Origin: Vicugna vicugna
Lineage: Eukaryota
NCBI GenBank assembly: GCA_013265495.1
Contig: MU058423.1
Span: forward strand, 3,797,061-3,861,060
DNA length: 64,000 bases
Reading direction: 5' to 3'
The notes beneath the pieces were generated by a model, which was given only the letters and a program-made list of their open reading frames with translations, was not told where the DNA came from and did no database searches. Below are positions 51,251-63,450 of the stretch, piece by piece. The position numbers and the translations under genes are program-made. Positions within the stretch are counted from its first letter, which is position 1; each line of letters opens with the position of its first letter.

Positions 51251-52869
51251 AAAACTAACACAATAGGAACTTCTCCAAGCTTGAGAATTACTCTCGGGCA
51301 AACTGGTGTTACGAGAAAGCCAAAGTGGCTGGGTGTGAATTTCACCGACTGTTAGACAGCGTGTGTGATTTCTCTGATTCCTTTTCCTGTTAGATAAAGT
51401 CAGATATTTCCCATTTCACAGATTTTTGTAGCGTTCCTGGCACACAGTTAGCTCTGAAAAATGGTAGCTAATAATTATAATAAAGTTAGTACCTTCATGT
51501 ACATTTCAGTAATTTTAAGACTTTTATTATCCTATCTCGAAGTCATATTATATACATTTTTTTTTCACTCATCTTTTAAAGTTATTTAACTCATCAGGAC
51601 CAAAAACAGATAAATGTGATTGAATTAAACTATTCACTATCTTGTGGAGAAGGTAAGAAAAATGAATCAAATATATTGGTGGCAAAATTTCTTTCATCAA
51701 TATGCTCTTAAAGAAAAGGTTTTTGTATAAATACACTTTTTTTTAAAACAAATAGTACATGTCTGCTTTTTAAACTCCACTTAGCAGACTACTATGAAAA
51801 TTACTGACCCTGCTGTGATTCTCAGGAATTTATTTTGGGAAGTACTTTTTTATATTCACTTATAATGTGCTGTCTTATACATCTTTGATCGTTTTTTTGA
51901 TCAAGAGTAGGTTCATGTGCTCCTTAAATGGGTTGAGCGTCCAGAAATTGTGCCCAACATAAATTGAGGGATTCTAATATTTATGTATTTTAATAGAAAA
52001 AAATACAGAGCTTTTCCACTGACTCGCTTGCATCAGCTTGTAGAACATGATGGGCAGTCCAGAAAAGGAAGTCTTCCAGGGCTCTTCAGGCGAAATCCCT
52101 TTCAGGACTTAAAGGCCACAGGTGACAGAGCTCGAAGGCAGCAGATGCTGCTGCCTCTCTTCAAAAATAGCTATTTAAGTATTTCAGCTAAAATTACCTC
52201 AAAAGAGGACATCAGCAAACACCTGGAGTGAAAGAGAGATGGCATCTCACAGTGAAATTGAATAATAAAAATACAAGTTTAATCTTCAGCTTTTTTCCTT
52301 GAATCATAATAGAAGTGAATTTCAAAAAGCTGATTGAATCCAATGTAATTTAGATGGAAGGGACAACTTCATGTGCCAAGATTACACATGATCCTCAGCA
52401 AAGGCTGAGAAGGAAAAGCAAGATGAAGGGAAAAAAGCTATGAATCACGTGAAGTTCCATGAAAACTTACTTTGTTAGTACGGGTCCATGTGTGGTCACA
52501 CGCACACACTGTGAACAGTTGCAAATCCCTCCGTAGGAGTCAGGCTGCCTCTGGGCCAGCCCCCGATTTGTGAATCCGGCCTGACACAGGTTCAGGTCAG
52601 CACCCTGTTGTGGGATGTCCCGGGCATGTGGGTCTCTGAGATTCAAGACGATTCTGGGTCAGCAATTTCAGCCTTTGTCAGCCGGGTCTATCTTTGTCTC
52701 CCACCGGAACAGAACCACATTTCTAAGAAATGCCTGGATTGAGGCCTCTCTCTACTGCGTCTTCTACACTGTAATGAACTAGAGTCAGAATAAATTTCCT
52801 AAAGTTTGCTCAAGCTAGACCTGCTCCTCTGGAATTCAGTGTACCCAGCAGTGCCCAAGTTGGGCTGAT

Positions 52870-53380
52870 CCCTTTTTTGTAACGCTTGTCATACACATTT
52901 CCTCTCCCATCTCCCATGCTCACTCTGTCATTGATTCAGAGCTAGGCTCGTGTTGAAACAACGTCCTAGGTTCAGGCTCCTTCCTCTGAACCATCTTGTG
53001 CAGCCACCAGATTAGTATTCTTAACGTACTGCTTTTTGACAGTTCTTTCTGTAGCTGAGAAATCTTTATGGGCTCCCCATAACATAAACAATAAAGGCCA
53101 GCCACCTTAGCCTAGAGTTTAAAGCCATCCGCCTCCAGCTAGCCTCGTCAGTCCTGTTTCACACTCCCCCATCGTGAACCTGCCGCCTCCGCTGTGCGTG
53201 CCGCTCGGCCGTTGCCTTGTTCAGGTCCAGGTACTGAGCGTCGGTGAGCTCCGTGGTTCCTAGGCGCTATGGGTGCCGCAGTGGACCGAGCTGAAACCCC
53301 CTGCTCTCTCGGGGCTTATACTCCAGGTCAGGGAGACAGAGAGTAATTGGGTTGTATTTCAAATGTGAGAAGCTATGACA
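52870..53380. mobile_element. Two L2 fragments (+ about 52870-53190; - about 53220-53380)
   Basis: ttcctctcccatctcccatgc...ctctgaaccatcttgtgcagccaccagattagtattctta; gtactgagcgtcggtgag...ggggcttatactccaggtcagggagacaga. Confidence 0.55.
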
Positions 53381-53614
53381 CATGAAAAGGGTGGTGAGTT
53401 ACAGCCCAGGCACTTTCTCTTTGACACCTGTAGCCCTGCCTGGCTCTACGATTTATCTAGCAGTCATCACCAGCTGTCTTGGTTTCCATGGTTTCAGTTT
53501 CCAGCCTGTGGGTCTGAGCGTGCGTGGACATGGTGGGTTTCACCAGGTAGGGCTCTTGCCCCTGGACCACAAGGATCGTGTCTTTCACTTCTTTGTAGCT
53601 CCTAAGCTGTGTGG

Positions 53615-53830
53615 GAGGCAGTGTGTGTAGAGGTGAAGAGAGCCCACCCTCCGGGGTGGATCACCTGTGTGCAGGTGTTGGCTTTACTGTTCGTTGTCTC
53701 TGGGCCATGGCCTCTTCATCCTCTCTGTTCCTCAGTTTAGCTCTTCCTAAAATGAAGATGATGGCATTATCTTCTGCATAAAGTCGTTGTGAGCATTTAG
53801 TAAAGTGCTCAGCATGGGGACCAGCATGTA
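53615..53830 (+). mobile_element. MIR SINE
   Basis: ggaggcagtgtgtgtagaggtgaagagagc...ctctctgttcctcagttt...aaaatgaagatgat...gtaaagtgctcagca. Confidence 0.8.
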
Positions 53831-54840
53831 TGTGTGTGTATGTGTGCACACGAATGTGTATAGTATGTAACAGCACTCAGTTGTTTACCACTGTCATTTC
53901 TGTTTGGGTGAGATAAACTTTAAATCTGTATAAATATTTATACTTCTAAACAGAAAAATAACCCTTAAAGAGATTAGAATTCTCTGTTTCCTTATAGTCT
54001 ACTTAATTACCGACCAGATGGAGGAACATAAGCTGCTGGGCTCTAGCTTTGAGCAGTCACACTCTTCTAAGTGGGTTCTGTTGTGTTAACCTCTTCTCTT
54101 GTATTTAATTTGACAGTACGCGAAGATTTTACGTATAAATTATTTCCCCAGCTAAACACCATGCCCCGAGTTTCAAACAGATAAGATACGGAAATAAGTA
54201 GGAAGTAATTATGATCAGACACATTTTTCTTTGACATTTTACGACATGTGAATTTGGACGCAAATGCTGTAGACAAAATGTACTAATAGTTTCATAAGCA
54301 ATTAGCGTGACCGCATAGCGAGGCAGTCCTGGCTTACTGAATGTTAGTATCTGTGCTACTTGTTCAAATGTACCTGAGCTTTTGTAGGTGGTTACTTTAA
54401 TACTATGTGTTTCCTGTTTATTGGTCAGAGAAAAAGATACAGGAAGTTACTGCTGTGACATGTTTAAATTTTTATATGAATTTGAACTGCAGTATTAAAG
54501 GAATTGTTTTAGGCTATGAACGTACAGGATTTATATTTGCAGAGTACTTAGTGTATTGTAACCCCCCAAAAAAAATTTTCCTGTAAGAATATAGTCAAGG
54601 TTTCTATTTTGGTAAAGTGTGGAGAAGGTACCCCACCCTTGCTTCGGTAGCGTGGTGGTGAATTTAGTAGCAGATGAATTTAGATGTTGTGGTTGTTTCC
54701 ATGCTGTTAGCACAGCTGAGGGTTCAGTGGAACAACTGAGCATGGTTTAGCTTTTGAGGTGGTTACACTCCTTGGGGGTCAAAATATCTGAGAGTCAAGG
54801 AGCACTCTAGAAATCAAATCACAATTGAAGATCCAACTCT

Positions 54841-54938
54841 GTTTATTGATTTATTTTTGATGGAGGTACTGGGGGTTGAATCCAGGACCTCATGCATGCT
54901 AGGCATGCGCTCTACTGCTGAGCACTACCCTCCCCACC
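54841..54938 (-). mobile_element. tRNA-Ala-derived camelid SINE (vic-1 type)
   Basis: gatggaggtactgggggttgaatccaggacctcatgcatgctaggcatgcgctctactgctgagc is the reverse of the 21110 element; 13/15 TSD tgaagatccaactct (54826-54840) / tgcagatccaattct (54939-54953). Confidence 0.92.
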
Positions 54939-54964
54939 TGCAGATCCAATTCTAAAGAGACGGG

Positions 54965-55170
54965 CAGCAGCATCTGAATGTTCAGAGCTGGGTTCAAATC
55001 TACGTTCTGTTCTTGGCCTATCTTGTTCCTAAAGGTCTGTCCACCTCTCTGTCCCTTAGAGGATTCTTATTTTAAAATTAGAATATCAGATAACTCATAG
55101 GTTTTGTGAGATTAAATGAAACTGGACACTTGTGCCTGTCCTAGGCACTCAATAATTATTTGCTAAATTA
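54965..55170 (+). mobile_element. MIR SINE
   Basis: gagctgggttcaaatct...actcataggttttgtgagattaaatga...taggcactcaataattatttg. Confidence 0.7.
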
Positions 55171-55239
55171 AAGACTGAAAAAGAAAATACGAATTCTTTT
55201 AGGCTTGAGGGATTCAGACAGCTGCTCTAGTATCCGGGT

Positions 55240-55416
55240 GAGTGGTTTTCAGCCCCGGCTGAATGTTAGAATCCTGGGAGGCTTCTAGAGCATTCTGATG
55301 CTGGGGCCCATCACATGCTGTTTGAGTCATATTTTATGACAGTAAGGCCTGGAGTTAGGTGTTTTTCAGACGCTCTCCAAGTGTTTCTGACTTGCAGCCA
55401 GCACTGAGAAACGGGT
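55240..55416 (+). mobile_element. MER5B-like hAT-Charlie DNA transposon
   Basis: agtggttttcagccccggctgaatgttagaatc...ctgatgctggggccc...ctctccaagtgtttctgacttgcagccagcactgagaa. Confidence 0.75.
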
Positions 55417-55974
55417 CTGAGCCCTCTGAGAACCACATTCGCGTAGCTGTGTGTCTTACCCGACTTGAATATGCTCTGGAATGCCCTCGCCCGTATCCCC
55501 TCCCCTAAGTCGCAGTGCCCTGGGCTGCGCCGCGTGCTCCGACACCCCTGAATTTTCAGTGGTCTGTCCTTCCTAGTCTCCGCTCCGCCAGTCTCTTTCT
55601 CTTGTGGTTAATCTGTTGAACAGCCAGCACAGCTCTCCTAGAGAACAAATCGGAACATGTTACTGCCTTCCTTAAAAACCTTGCCTAGCTCTTGACCTGT
55701 CGAATGAAGTTCTAACTTTTATACGGCCCTCAGCCGTATGGAGCTAAGCCACCGTGGGATGCGCTGTCCTGTGACTTGTCAAGTCTGATAAATGCGGCCA
55801 AGCCAGAGGGGAGAAGCCCTTGTTGGAGGCAGGTATTCTCATCACAGTACAGACTGGCTCACAGACTTTGGTGAATTTATTGATCTCTGGAACTCACTGT
55901 CCTTCCCTGTTTGGGAGATAGAACAAGAAGAAACAGGGTTAGAAACAAATGGAAAGAAGGGATGATGTTAGATA

Positions 55975-56328
55975 TTTTCTTAGTCTATTTGGGCCACTAT
56001 GACAAAATATCATAGACCGGGGGCTTTAAACAACAGAAATGTACTTCTCACAGTGCTGGAGGTTAGGCGGTTCAAGATCAAGGCACCGGCAGATTCGGTG
56101 TCCGGTGAGACCTGCTTCCTGGTTCATAGATGTCGCTTCGCTGTGTCCTCACACGGTGGAAGGGGTGAGGTTGCTCTCAGGGGTCTCCTTTCTAAGGGCA
56201 CCAACCCCATTCATGAGGGCTCTGCCCTCACGACCTAATCACTTCCCAAAGCCCCGCAGCCCAGTACTGTCCCAGTGGAGGTTAGGCTTCAAAATGCTAA
56301 TTTTGGGGGATACGAACATTCAGCCATG
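55975..56328 (-). mobile_element. MLT1A-like MaLR solo LTR
   Basis: tcttagtctatttgggccactatgacaaaatatcatagac...aaacaacagaaatgtacttctcacagtgctggagg...tcatgagggctctgccctcacgacctaatcacttcccaaag. Confidence 0.9.
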
Positions 56329-57329
56329 TTCTCCTCCACTGAGGGGTCTGGCATCCTGGCATTGCCTCTTTGTTCCTGCCCTCCATGCGGCTGCACCCTT
56401 TAAAGTGGAAATAGCCAGGTGGGCAGCCTGCAGGAAGCAGAGATCTTTGCGTGACTTTGAAAGTGAGCTGAGTTTGGAAATTATGTTAACTTTGACCCAG
56501 CTGAATGATTTGCAGCTAACTTTGAGAATTCGTTGTGTTTTCCACGTCCCTTAAGTCACATAGACGTCTCCCAGTCTATTTTTGATCACATAAACAACCA
56601 CCTCTCCCCTGGCCTGACACTCGCACATAGGACTCACCTGTTTAAAGCGAGCTGTGTGAAAGCCACAGAGGGTTCTCAGTGAGCTGGTAATGACACTGCT
56701 GCAACCTCAAGGGCTGAGCTGCAGTCATTACTGTAATCGAACAGTGAGTAATCGGGGTTTACCGACAGGGTCCACACTAAATTCCCTTTCATGGCAGCGA
56801 ACGGACTAAAATTGCCACTTAATCCTTGCAGACTGGGTCTCCACTCTCCGTGTAAAGGCAGAAATGATGTGCAAATATGATGACACTTTCAAAACTAAAG
56901 TATTCCTTTTATAGCTGTGTACAAATAGTTGAATTGTTTATTATTTGCGTACTAAGTGCAACACATCCTAACGGACTGGTGTCAATTTAGGAGAAGCAGT
57001 GTTTATGTTTGTTCTGACTTCCAACTAGAGAGCTGTGCTTTCAGATGGCTAACTCTGCACTGATGGATTTCAGGTTTCATCTGCTTTGGTAGTTGGGCCC
57101 AGGGGATGGTTAGAACAGTGTGTATGAGAAGTTACAACTCCTTTTTATGTGGTGTGAGAAAATCAGCATTGCTGGTACCAGTTTGCTTTTTTCTGCCGAC
57201 TCTTTAGTCTGAAAGTGTTAATTTTGAAACCACCTCTGTGAATTATAGTAGAGTGAGTTTTATGATCTGCTGGAATGTGTATTTGTAGTTCTGAAATCTG
57301 TCTGCAGCACAGTAGACAAACTAGTCGGC

Positions 57330-57900
57330 TAGGACTGAACAGGAGAAACGTGGGGAGAGTAGGCAGGTGGGGCTGGAAGGGGACAGGGGCAGATCCGATC
57401 AATTGACAGGTCTTGAGTGCATGCTGAAGAGTCTGATCTCTGTGTGAGGGTGGACAGCTGATGTCCGGGTGGGCACAGTGGTGATGGTGGCGTGCTCGGG
57501 TGGACAGTTTTGTCAAGTCATGCAGTCTCTGTGGCAGCCACGTGGAAGATGGATTTGAAGGGAGGGAACCTCACGGCAAGGAGACCAGTGGGAGGGCCAA
57601 TCCTTTAACTGAGGCGAGAGACAGAGAGGGCCTGGGCTAAGGCGGAAGCCCAGAGGAGAGAAGGAATTGGGTCTGAGAGAAATTTAAAAGGATGAGTTGA
57701 TAGGCTGGGTGTGAGGGAGAAGGACCAGTCTGGGAAGTTCCCTGATGCCTGGGCAGGTGAGGGAGAGGAATGAGACTGTGGGCTCACTGGGGACGCGGAG
57801 CAGAAACAGGGCTGGAGGAAGGATGCTGGGTGGGGTCAGAGACAGAAAGACCCCAGTGGTAGCGGAGATGCCTCAGGAGACAAGTGCAGGTCTGTTTGGT
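57330..57900 (-). mobile_element. L2 fragment
   Basis: ctctgtggcagccacgtggaagatggatttgaaggg...ggcaaggagaccagtgggagg...gggcctgggctaagg. Confidence 0.75.
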
Positions 57901-58609
57901 TTAGGAACGGTTTGCTGACTGACTTTGTCTCTTGGAACCTGAAGACTATTCACTGTCAACCAAATAAGGAAAATATTATTCAGGACACGGCAACTTCAAA
58001 GAGCTTCTCAGAGAGTGAGGGGCAAGTGGACCTGCTTAGAGCGTGAGGTGTTCACCCCGGCGTGTGTGATGATGGAGGGGGTGGGGCCGGAGGTCGTTAG
58101 TCTCGCCCATCAAGCCTCTCGACCTGCAGACGGTCTGGGAGATTCCCTGCTGCTCCTCCCCCACGGTGGGGTGGCCCCGGGCCGCCTCTTCCAAAGAGCC
58201 TCCCTTGCTTGGTCTTTCAGGCTGAGGGCGACAGCCAGCCTTAGCCTTGTTCTCTCCTCGGGGCTGCGGGTGTACTTTGCAACACGAGGCCTGTGTTTTC
58301 ACTCACCTCCCTTGGGGTCTCTCCCACTGGAGGGTGGGGGCTTTGAGAGTGGGAATTGTGTCATCTCCATTTCGTTAGCCTCGGCACGCGGAGTTCACCA
58401 GCTGTATCTGGCCCGTCGTGAGCGTTCAGTGGGTGCCCACTGAGCAAACGCAGGAGATTCGTAGACAGGATGGCGAGCTGCAAAGAGCAGTCGTCGGGGC
58501 AGAAGAGAGGGGACCTGGGTTCTGGTGCCAGTTCTGCGGCTGTTGGTTCTTTGATGTTGGACAAGCTAGTTCATTTTTCTGGGCCTTGGTTTTCTTAGAG
58601 GCAAAGGAG

Positions 58610-58850
58610 GAGAGTGAATGTGAATCTAAGAAATCTATGAATCGTCTTCAAGAGGTCCCTGGATTTCTTGAGACAAACTGCAGAATCGTGTGTACTTATA
58701 TATCTATGTGTATGTGTGTATTTATATTTATACACACACACACACACACATATATTCACACATAGTTTTTTTTTTTCCCTGAGGAAAGGACCAAGAGCTT
58801 TCATCATATTCTCAAAGGGCTCTGTGACTTAAGGTCATTAAGAATCACTG
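58610..58850 (+). mobile_element. hAT-Charlie-type non-autonomous DNA transposon with internal (TG/TA/CA)n expansion
   Basis: gagctttcatcatattctcaaagggctctgtgac...ttaagaatcactg matches a Charlie-type 3' end; exact MER family not assigned. Confidence 0.6.
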
Positions 58851-59579
58851 AATGAAATGTGGTGATGGCTCTAGAACTTCTCTGTAGAATGGAGCTGGGA
58901 AGGGTGGCCATATGGTTGCAGGCGGGGATTCAGCTAAAGGACTTGTCCTGAAATTGCGATTAAATGACAAACACAGATTTCTGTATTTATTTGAGGCAGT
59001 GAGGTGTGGAGGTGATGGAGATTTGGAGGACAGACGTGTCTCCTGAAGCCCAGCCCTTTGTGCTGTCACTTCTATGAGTTCTTTTAATTCTACACGAGCT
59101 GCATGTAATTCTGGTCCTTACTGATGTTACCTTCATGAGCCGACTAGGCATGGAATATTTGTTTGTTTGTTTTGTTTCACTAAAGTTCCCTAGCAAGGTC
59201 AAATTCAGTTGGCTTCTGCTGTTTTGCCAAACCCCCTCCCCATGGCAAACATCTCCTCTGTCCCTGCTGAATATTGGGGATCTTAATTTTGGGAGCAGGA
59301 TGAATGCCCATCATTGTCTATTCTCTCTTCTCTTTTCTGCTCTCTGTGACATACTTTTGTATAACAGGAGGCATATTTTTATTTATTTGGATTAAACCTT
59401 AATTACACAGAAGCAGAAAATGGATAGTAAATAGAAGAAAAATGTTTGCCGTCTACAGTCTTCATTTTTTGAAAATATGATGTTATAATTAGACAGCTAA
59501 GCATCTGTTGGCGGCTGTTAACAGACACTGGCCGTCATGTGCTTTGTTCATGTGAATGCACAGCATAATTTATTAGATG

Positions 59580-59820
59580 TATTCACAGCCATTGGGAAGC
59601 TTTCTTTTGTCTCCTATGATGACTTGAGGTAGATATCACATTTTATTTTCTGAAGAGCTTCGCAAAGACCAAATCTACCAATGATAAAAGTATTAGGCAT
59701 TAGGGAACAGGAGTATGAGACATTCTTCCGTGGTCTCCCAGCTAGTGAGAGCGGCAGCTGGAATTTGAAGCCAGAATATCTGATTCTGAAGCTTGCACTC
59801 CTAACCAGTCTAGCATCTGA
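59580..59820 (-). mobile_element. MIR-family SINE (fragmented)
   Basis: ggtctcccagctagtgagagcggcagctggaatttgaagccagaatatctgattctgaagc. Confidence 0.65.
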
Positions 59821-60479
59821 CTTTCCTGAAGAGAGATTCTTTTTCTCTACAGAGTTTTACTTTAGAAGTCTCAAAATAATTCACATAGAATAATTCTTGC
59901 ATTTCTGATCTGTATCAAGGCCTGTTCAAACTGTAATTTGGACCACTGAAACCCAAATAGGCACTCTACACTTTTGAACAATGCAGATTTCTTTCTCAGG
60001 GTTCGTAATCTTCCTGATACGGAAGTAATGTTTTGCTCAAAGACTTTGTACTGCTTTGCTTTTCCCAGAGAAGTGCGAGGGGTTTTTTCAGCACCATTCT
60101 ACAGTATTCAAAGCACCAACCAGGTATTTTTAGGAAAGATCTAAACACGCTGCTAAAAATGACGCCAAGCTGCAGTGTATCCTAATGGGATAATTTACTG
60201 TGTGAAATTAGAATTGCAGAGAAAATTAAGATAATGAGTTCTGTCGATTTCCTAGGAGAGAGAAGGTGAGAAGAAGTGTTCGTCTGAAGCTCACCATCTG
60301 GTTGGGTTTAGAATGAGGCCTCGCTGTCAGCGAGTCGGGTCCCTGGGTCATTCCAGGTCTCTGGCTGCCCTGGCTTATACCCCGTCTAGTCTCCCCGCCT
60401 GTCCTTCTGTCTGAATTACTCAGCCCAGCCCTCCCAGGTCCACACTCCCAACCGTGTCCTCCAGGGCCTGGGTTTTTCT

Positions 60480-60960
60480 TCCCTGACGTCACAGGACACT
60501 TACCTGCAGGAACCCGGGTGTGGTGGCGTCGCCGCCCTGGCTGCACGGTCACTTCATGCCGCGGTGCTGCTGACCCTTCTCCAGCCGCCCGGCTTGTCCG
60601 GCACTCGGGGCGCACGCCCGCCGCCCCCTGATTCCCCTTGCAGAGCCCACCTCCTGGAAGGGTCCCTTTCCCGGAATCCAGCTCCCTGTTCAGGAATCTT
60701 AATAGCCTTCCCACTGGGGCAGGGAGAGGGCTAGGAGAGAAAACTTCGGAACAGAGAGCTCGAGGAGATAAATCCACAGTGGATGAGCACCACTCGGCAG
60801 ACCTGTGTGTGGTCCCCGTGGTCCCCTCCGGTTCTTCCCTGTGTCCACGGCCTCGTTAACCGCGGGCCTCGGAAGGAGCCGCATGACACCGCTTCTGCAC
60901 GGATGACTTGTGTTCCTTACAATTGACGCTATCAGCAGCGCAAACGTGCTGGATCCGCAG
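60480..60960. promoter_or_regulatory. CpG-island-like patch with CRE and GC boxes
   Basis: About 34 CpG in 480 nt by hand count (16 in 60481-60630); TGACGTCA at 60484-60491; CCGCCC boxes near 60532, 60585, 60621. Confidence 0.55.
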
Positions 60961-61544
60961 AGTGAGAATTCCCCCGAAGGTCCCATGAAGAGAATAGTTA
61001 AAATGGATGGCTTTATTAGTGTACAATATTGCCATCCCGTTTTTGCAAACTGATTTTATTTCATGGCTTTTAAACTGACTAATGGGGGTGGTCAAAATAG
61101 AGCTTAAACTAAATAAAAATGATCACTGGGGGGCAGTTTTGATGGCGGTGGTGCCACTGTGTCTCTGAATTTGAGGAGTAAGCAACTCTTGCTGATACTT
61201 AATGCTTAAGGTTTATAAGGGCATCTTCGTGAGCTCATGCGTTCCTCACTTGTGGCAGGCTACGTGACTTACATCCCTCTTTGCACGTCTTACCCTTAAT
61301 CCTCACAACAGTTTTCCTGGGTAAGTATTAGTCATTCATTTGTTTGAACAACAGATATTTTTGTGTCAAGTGGTTGTTAAGAGCTCTCCTGTGAGCTCGG
61401 TGATGGGAAAACAACAACAAAGAAGCAATTTCTCTACCTTTAAGTTGTTTTCCACTGTTGGGTGGGAAAGACAGACAAGTAAACAGGTCATTAGAATGCT
61501 GTATTATGGTCTCAGACACTCGTCAGGGGTATGTGAATTTGTGC

Positions 61545-62040
61545 AGATTTTTTGAAGAACAATGGTTATACCTTTTGACCTAGTCCTCCCCTTTAGGAAT
61601 CTTTCCTAAGAGAGATATACCTGCACACAACTGAATAAATACTTGTCAAGGATGGTAACTGAAGCATTGTTGTAGCAAAATGTTGAAAAAGCTCACTGGC
61701 CAGAGAATGGTTAAATCCTAATGTTCTGTATACTTACACCAGAATGTTACACATCATCAAAATGAATAAAGTGGATCTTTATGTGTTGGCACTGCTCTCT
61801 GTGATATATTGTTAAATGACGAAAGCATGTCATAGGAAAATCTGTATAATAGAAACACATTACGTAAAATAATAAGAAAAATAAATAAGATTCTGCCGAG
61901 AGTCATACCAGACTCGTAGCTCTAGTCTCCTTTAGACAGAAGGTGTGAGCAGTGTAGGGGACTTCTTTTATGTATTACTATATTGTTTCAATAGACAAAC
62001 ATGAGTCCTTTTGAATTATTTTTTTTCTTGAAATCATTGA
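61545..62040 (+). mobile_element. L1ME ORF2 end and 3' UTR
   Basis: tataccttttgacctagtcctcccctttaggaatctttcctaag...aaggatggtaactgaagcattgtt...gatatattgttaaatga. Confidence 0.75.
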
Positions 62041-62047
62041 ATTCTAA

Positions 62048-62797
62048 TTTTTTTAAAGTGTAGTCAATGACAATGTGTCAATTTCTGGTGTACAGCATAA
62101 TGTCCCAGTTATGCATATACATACATGTATTCTTTTTTATTAAAGGTTATTATGAGATATTGAATATGTTCCCTGTACTATACAGAAGATAATAGTTTTT
62201 CTAATCTATTTTTATATATATTGGTTAACATTTGCAAATCTCAAACTCCCAAATTTGTCCTTTCCCACCCCCTTTCCCTGGGAACCATAAGATTGTTTAC
62301 TATGTCTGCGAGTCTATTTCTTTTGTAGAAGAGTTCATTAGTGTCCTCTTTTTTCTTCCTTTTTCTTTCTTTTTTTTTTAAGATCCCAGATATAAGTGAT
62401 ATCATATAGTATTTTTCTCTCTCTCTGGCTTACTTCACTTAGAATGATGACCTCCAGGTCCATCCATGTTGTAAATGGCATTATTTTATTCTTTTTATGA
62501 CATAATAGTATTCCATTGTATAAATATACCACAACTTCTTTATCCAGTCATCTGTTGAGGGACATTTAGATTGCTTCCATGTCTTGGCTATTGTGTACAG
62601 TGCTGCTGTGAACATTGGGGTGCATGTGTCTTTTCTAATTAGAATTCCCTCCAGATATGTGCCCAGGAGTGGGATTGCTGGATCATATGGTAAGTCTGTT
62701 TTCAGTTGAGGAGTCTCCATTACTGTTTTCCACAGTGGCTGCACCAAACTACATTCCCACCAGCAGTGTAGGAGGGTTCCCTTTTTTCCACACCCTC
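62048..62797 (-). mobile_element. 5'-truncated young LINE-1 (ORF2 C-terminus + 3' UTR)
   Basis: ORF 62481..62822(-) encodes the L1 ORF2 cysteine-rich end [23 protein letters not shown]...PYDPAIPLLG...TCTPMF...TMEYY. Confidence 0.95.
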
Positions 62798-63099
62798 GAA
62801 ATATTTTAAACAGCAAATACATATTTAAATAAGGGAATCAGTGATAGTGTGGAGTTAGGTCCAGGGTCCTGTGGGGACACAGAGGACCCAGACTGGAGGT
62901 GGGAGATGGTCAGAGAAGGCTCTGTGTAGGGACCAGCCTGGCCGAGTTCAGGATGGACATGAGAGAATGAGAACTTCTTGCTTGGAGCATCTGGAGCCTC
63001 CCGGGTGGGTGGCGGTGAGCCAGCCCCTCCACGCTGTAACAGCTGGTCCAGGCTCTCCTGGGTTCTTCCTCCTGCCTCAGCCTCCACAGAGCAGCAGCC

Positions 63100-63450
63100 A
63101 CTGTTGCTAAGTGCTGCTCACATTTCCATCTCTCCCCTGGCTCTACACCTGCTGTCTGAGTTCAGACCTCTCGTTTCTCACCTGGATGATTGAGAAACCC
63201 CCTGGTGGGTCTCCTGGCCTCTGTCTGTCTCCCACATCCTTCTGCTCTGGTCTCCCCTTCACTTTGCTGAGTGATCTTCTAAAAATGCAGTTTGGGCCCT
63301 ACTGTCTCCCTTAAACTTGGCCAATGATCCTTCATAGATTCTGAGGGGTAACCTCCCTTCTCAAGCAAGCACAAGGGAGCCCTGCCCACCTCTGCCACCC
63401 TCCTCCTATGGTGACTCTTACTCATGTCATCTGGAATTGTTTTTATTTCA
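63100..63450 (+). mobile_element. L2 fragment
   Basis: gagttcagacctctcgtttctcacctggatgattg...ggtctcctggcctctgtct...gagtgatcttctaaaaatgca. Confidence 0.7.

Noticed and set aside
55999..56554. 79-aa and 171-aa ORFs
   Set aside because: They are translations of the MLT1A LTR and its flank.
56876..56985. C/D-box snoRNA (ATGATGA near 56877)
   Set aside because: No properly placed terminal CTGA D box with a flanking stem.
60226..60777. 183-aa ORF on the - strand
   Set aside because: G/R/P-rich translation expected from stop-poor GC-rich DNA; no ATG start and no recognisable domain.
62481..62822. 113-aa ORF as a host gene (also 7982..8242)
   Set aside because: These are LINE-1 ORF2 C-terminal remnants in 5'-truncated copies.
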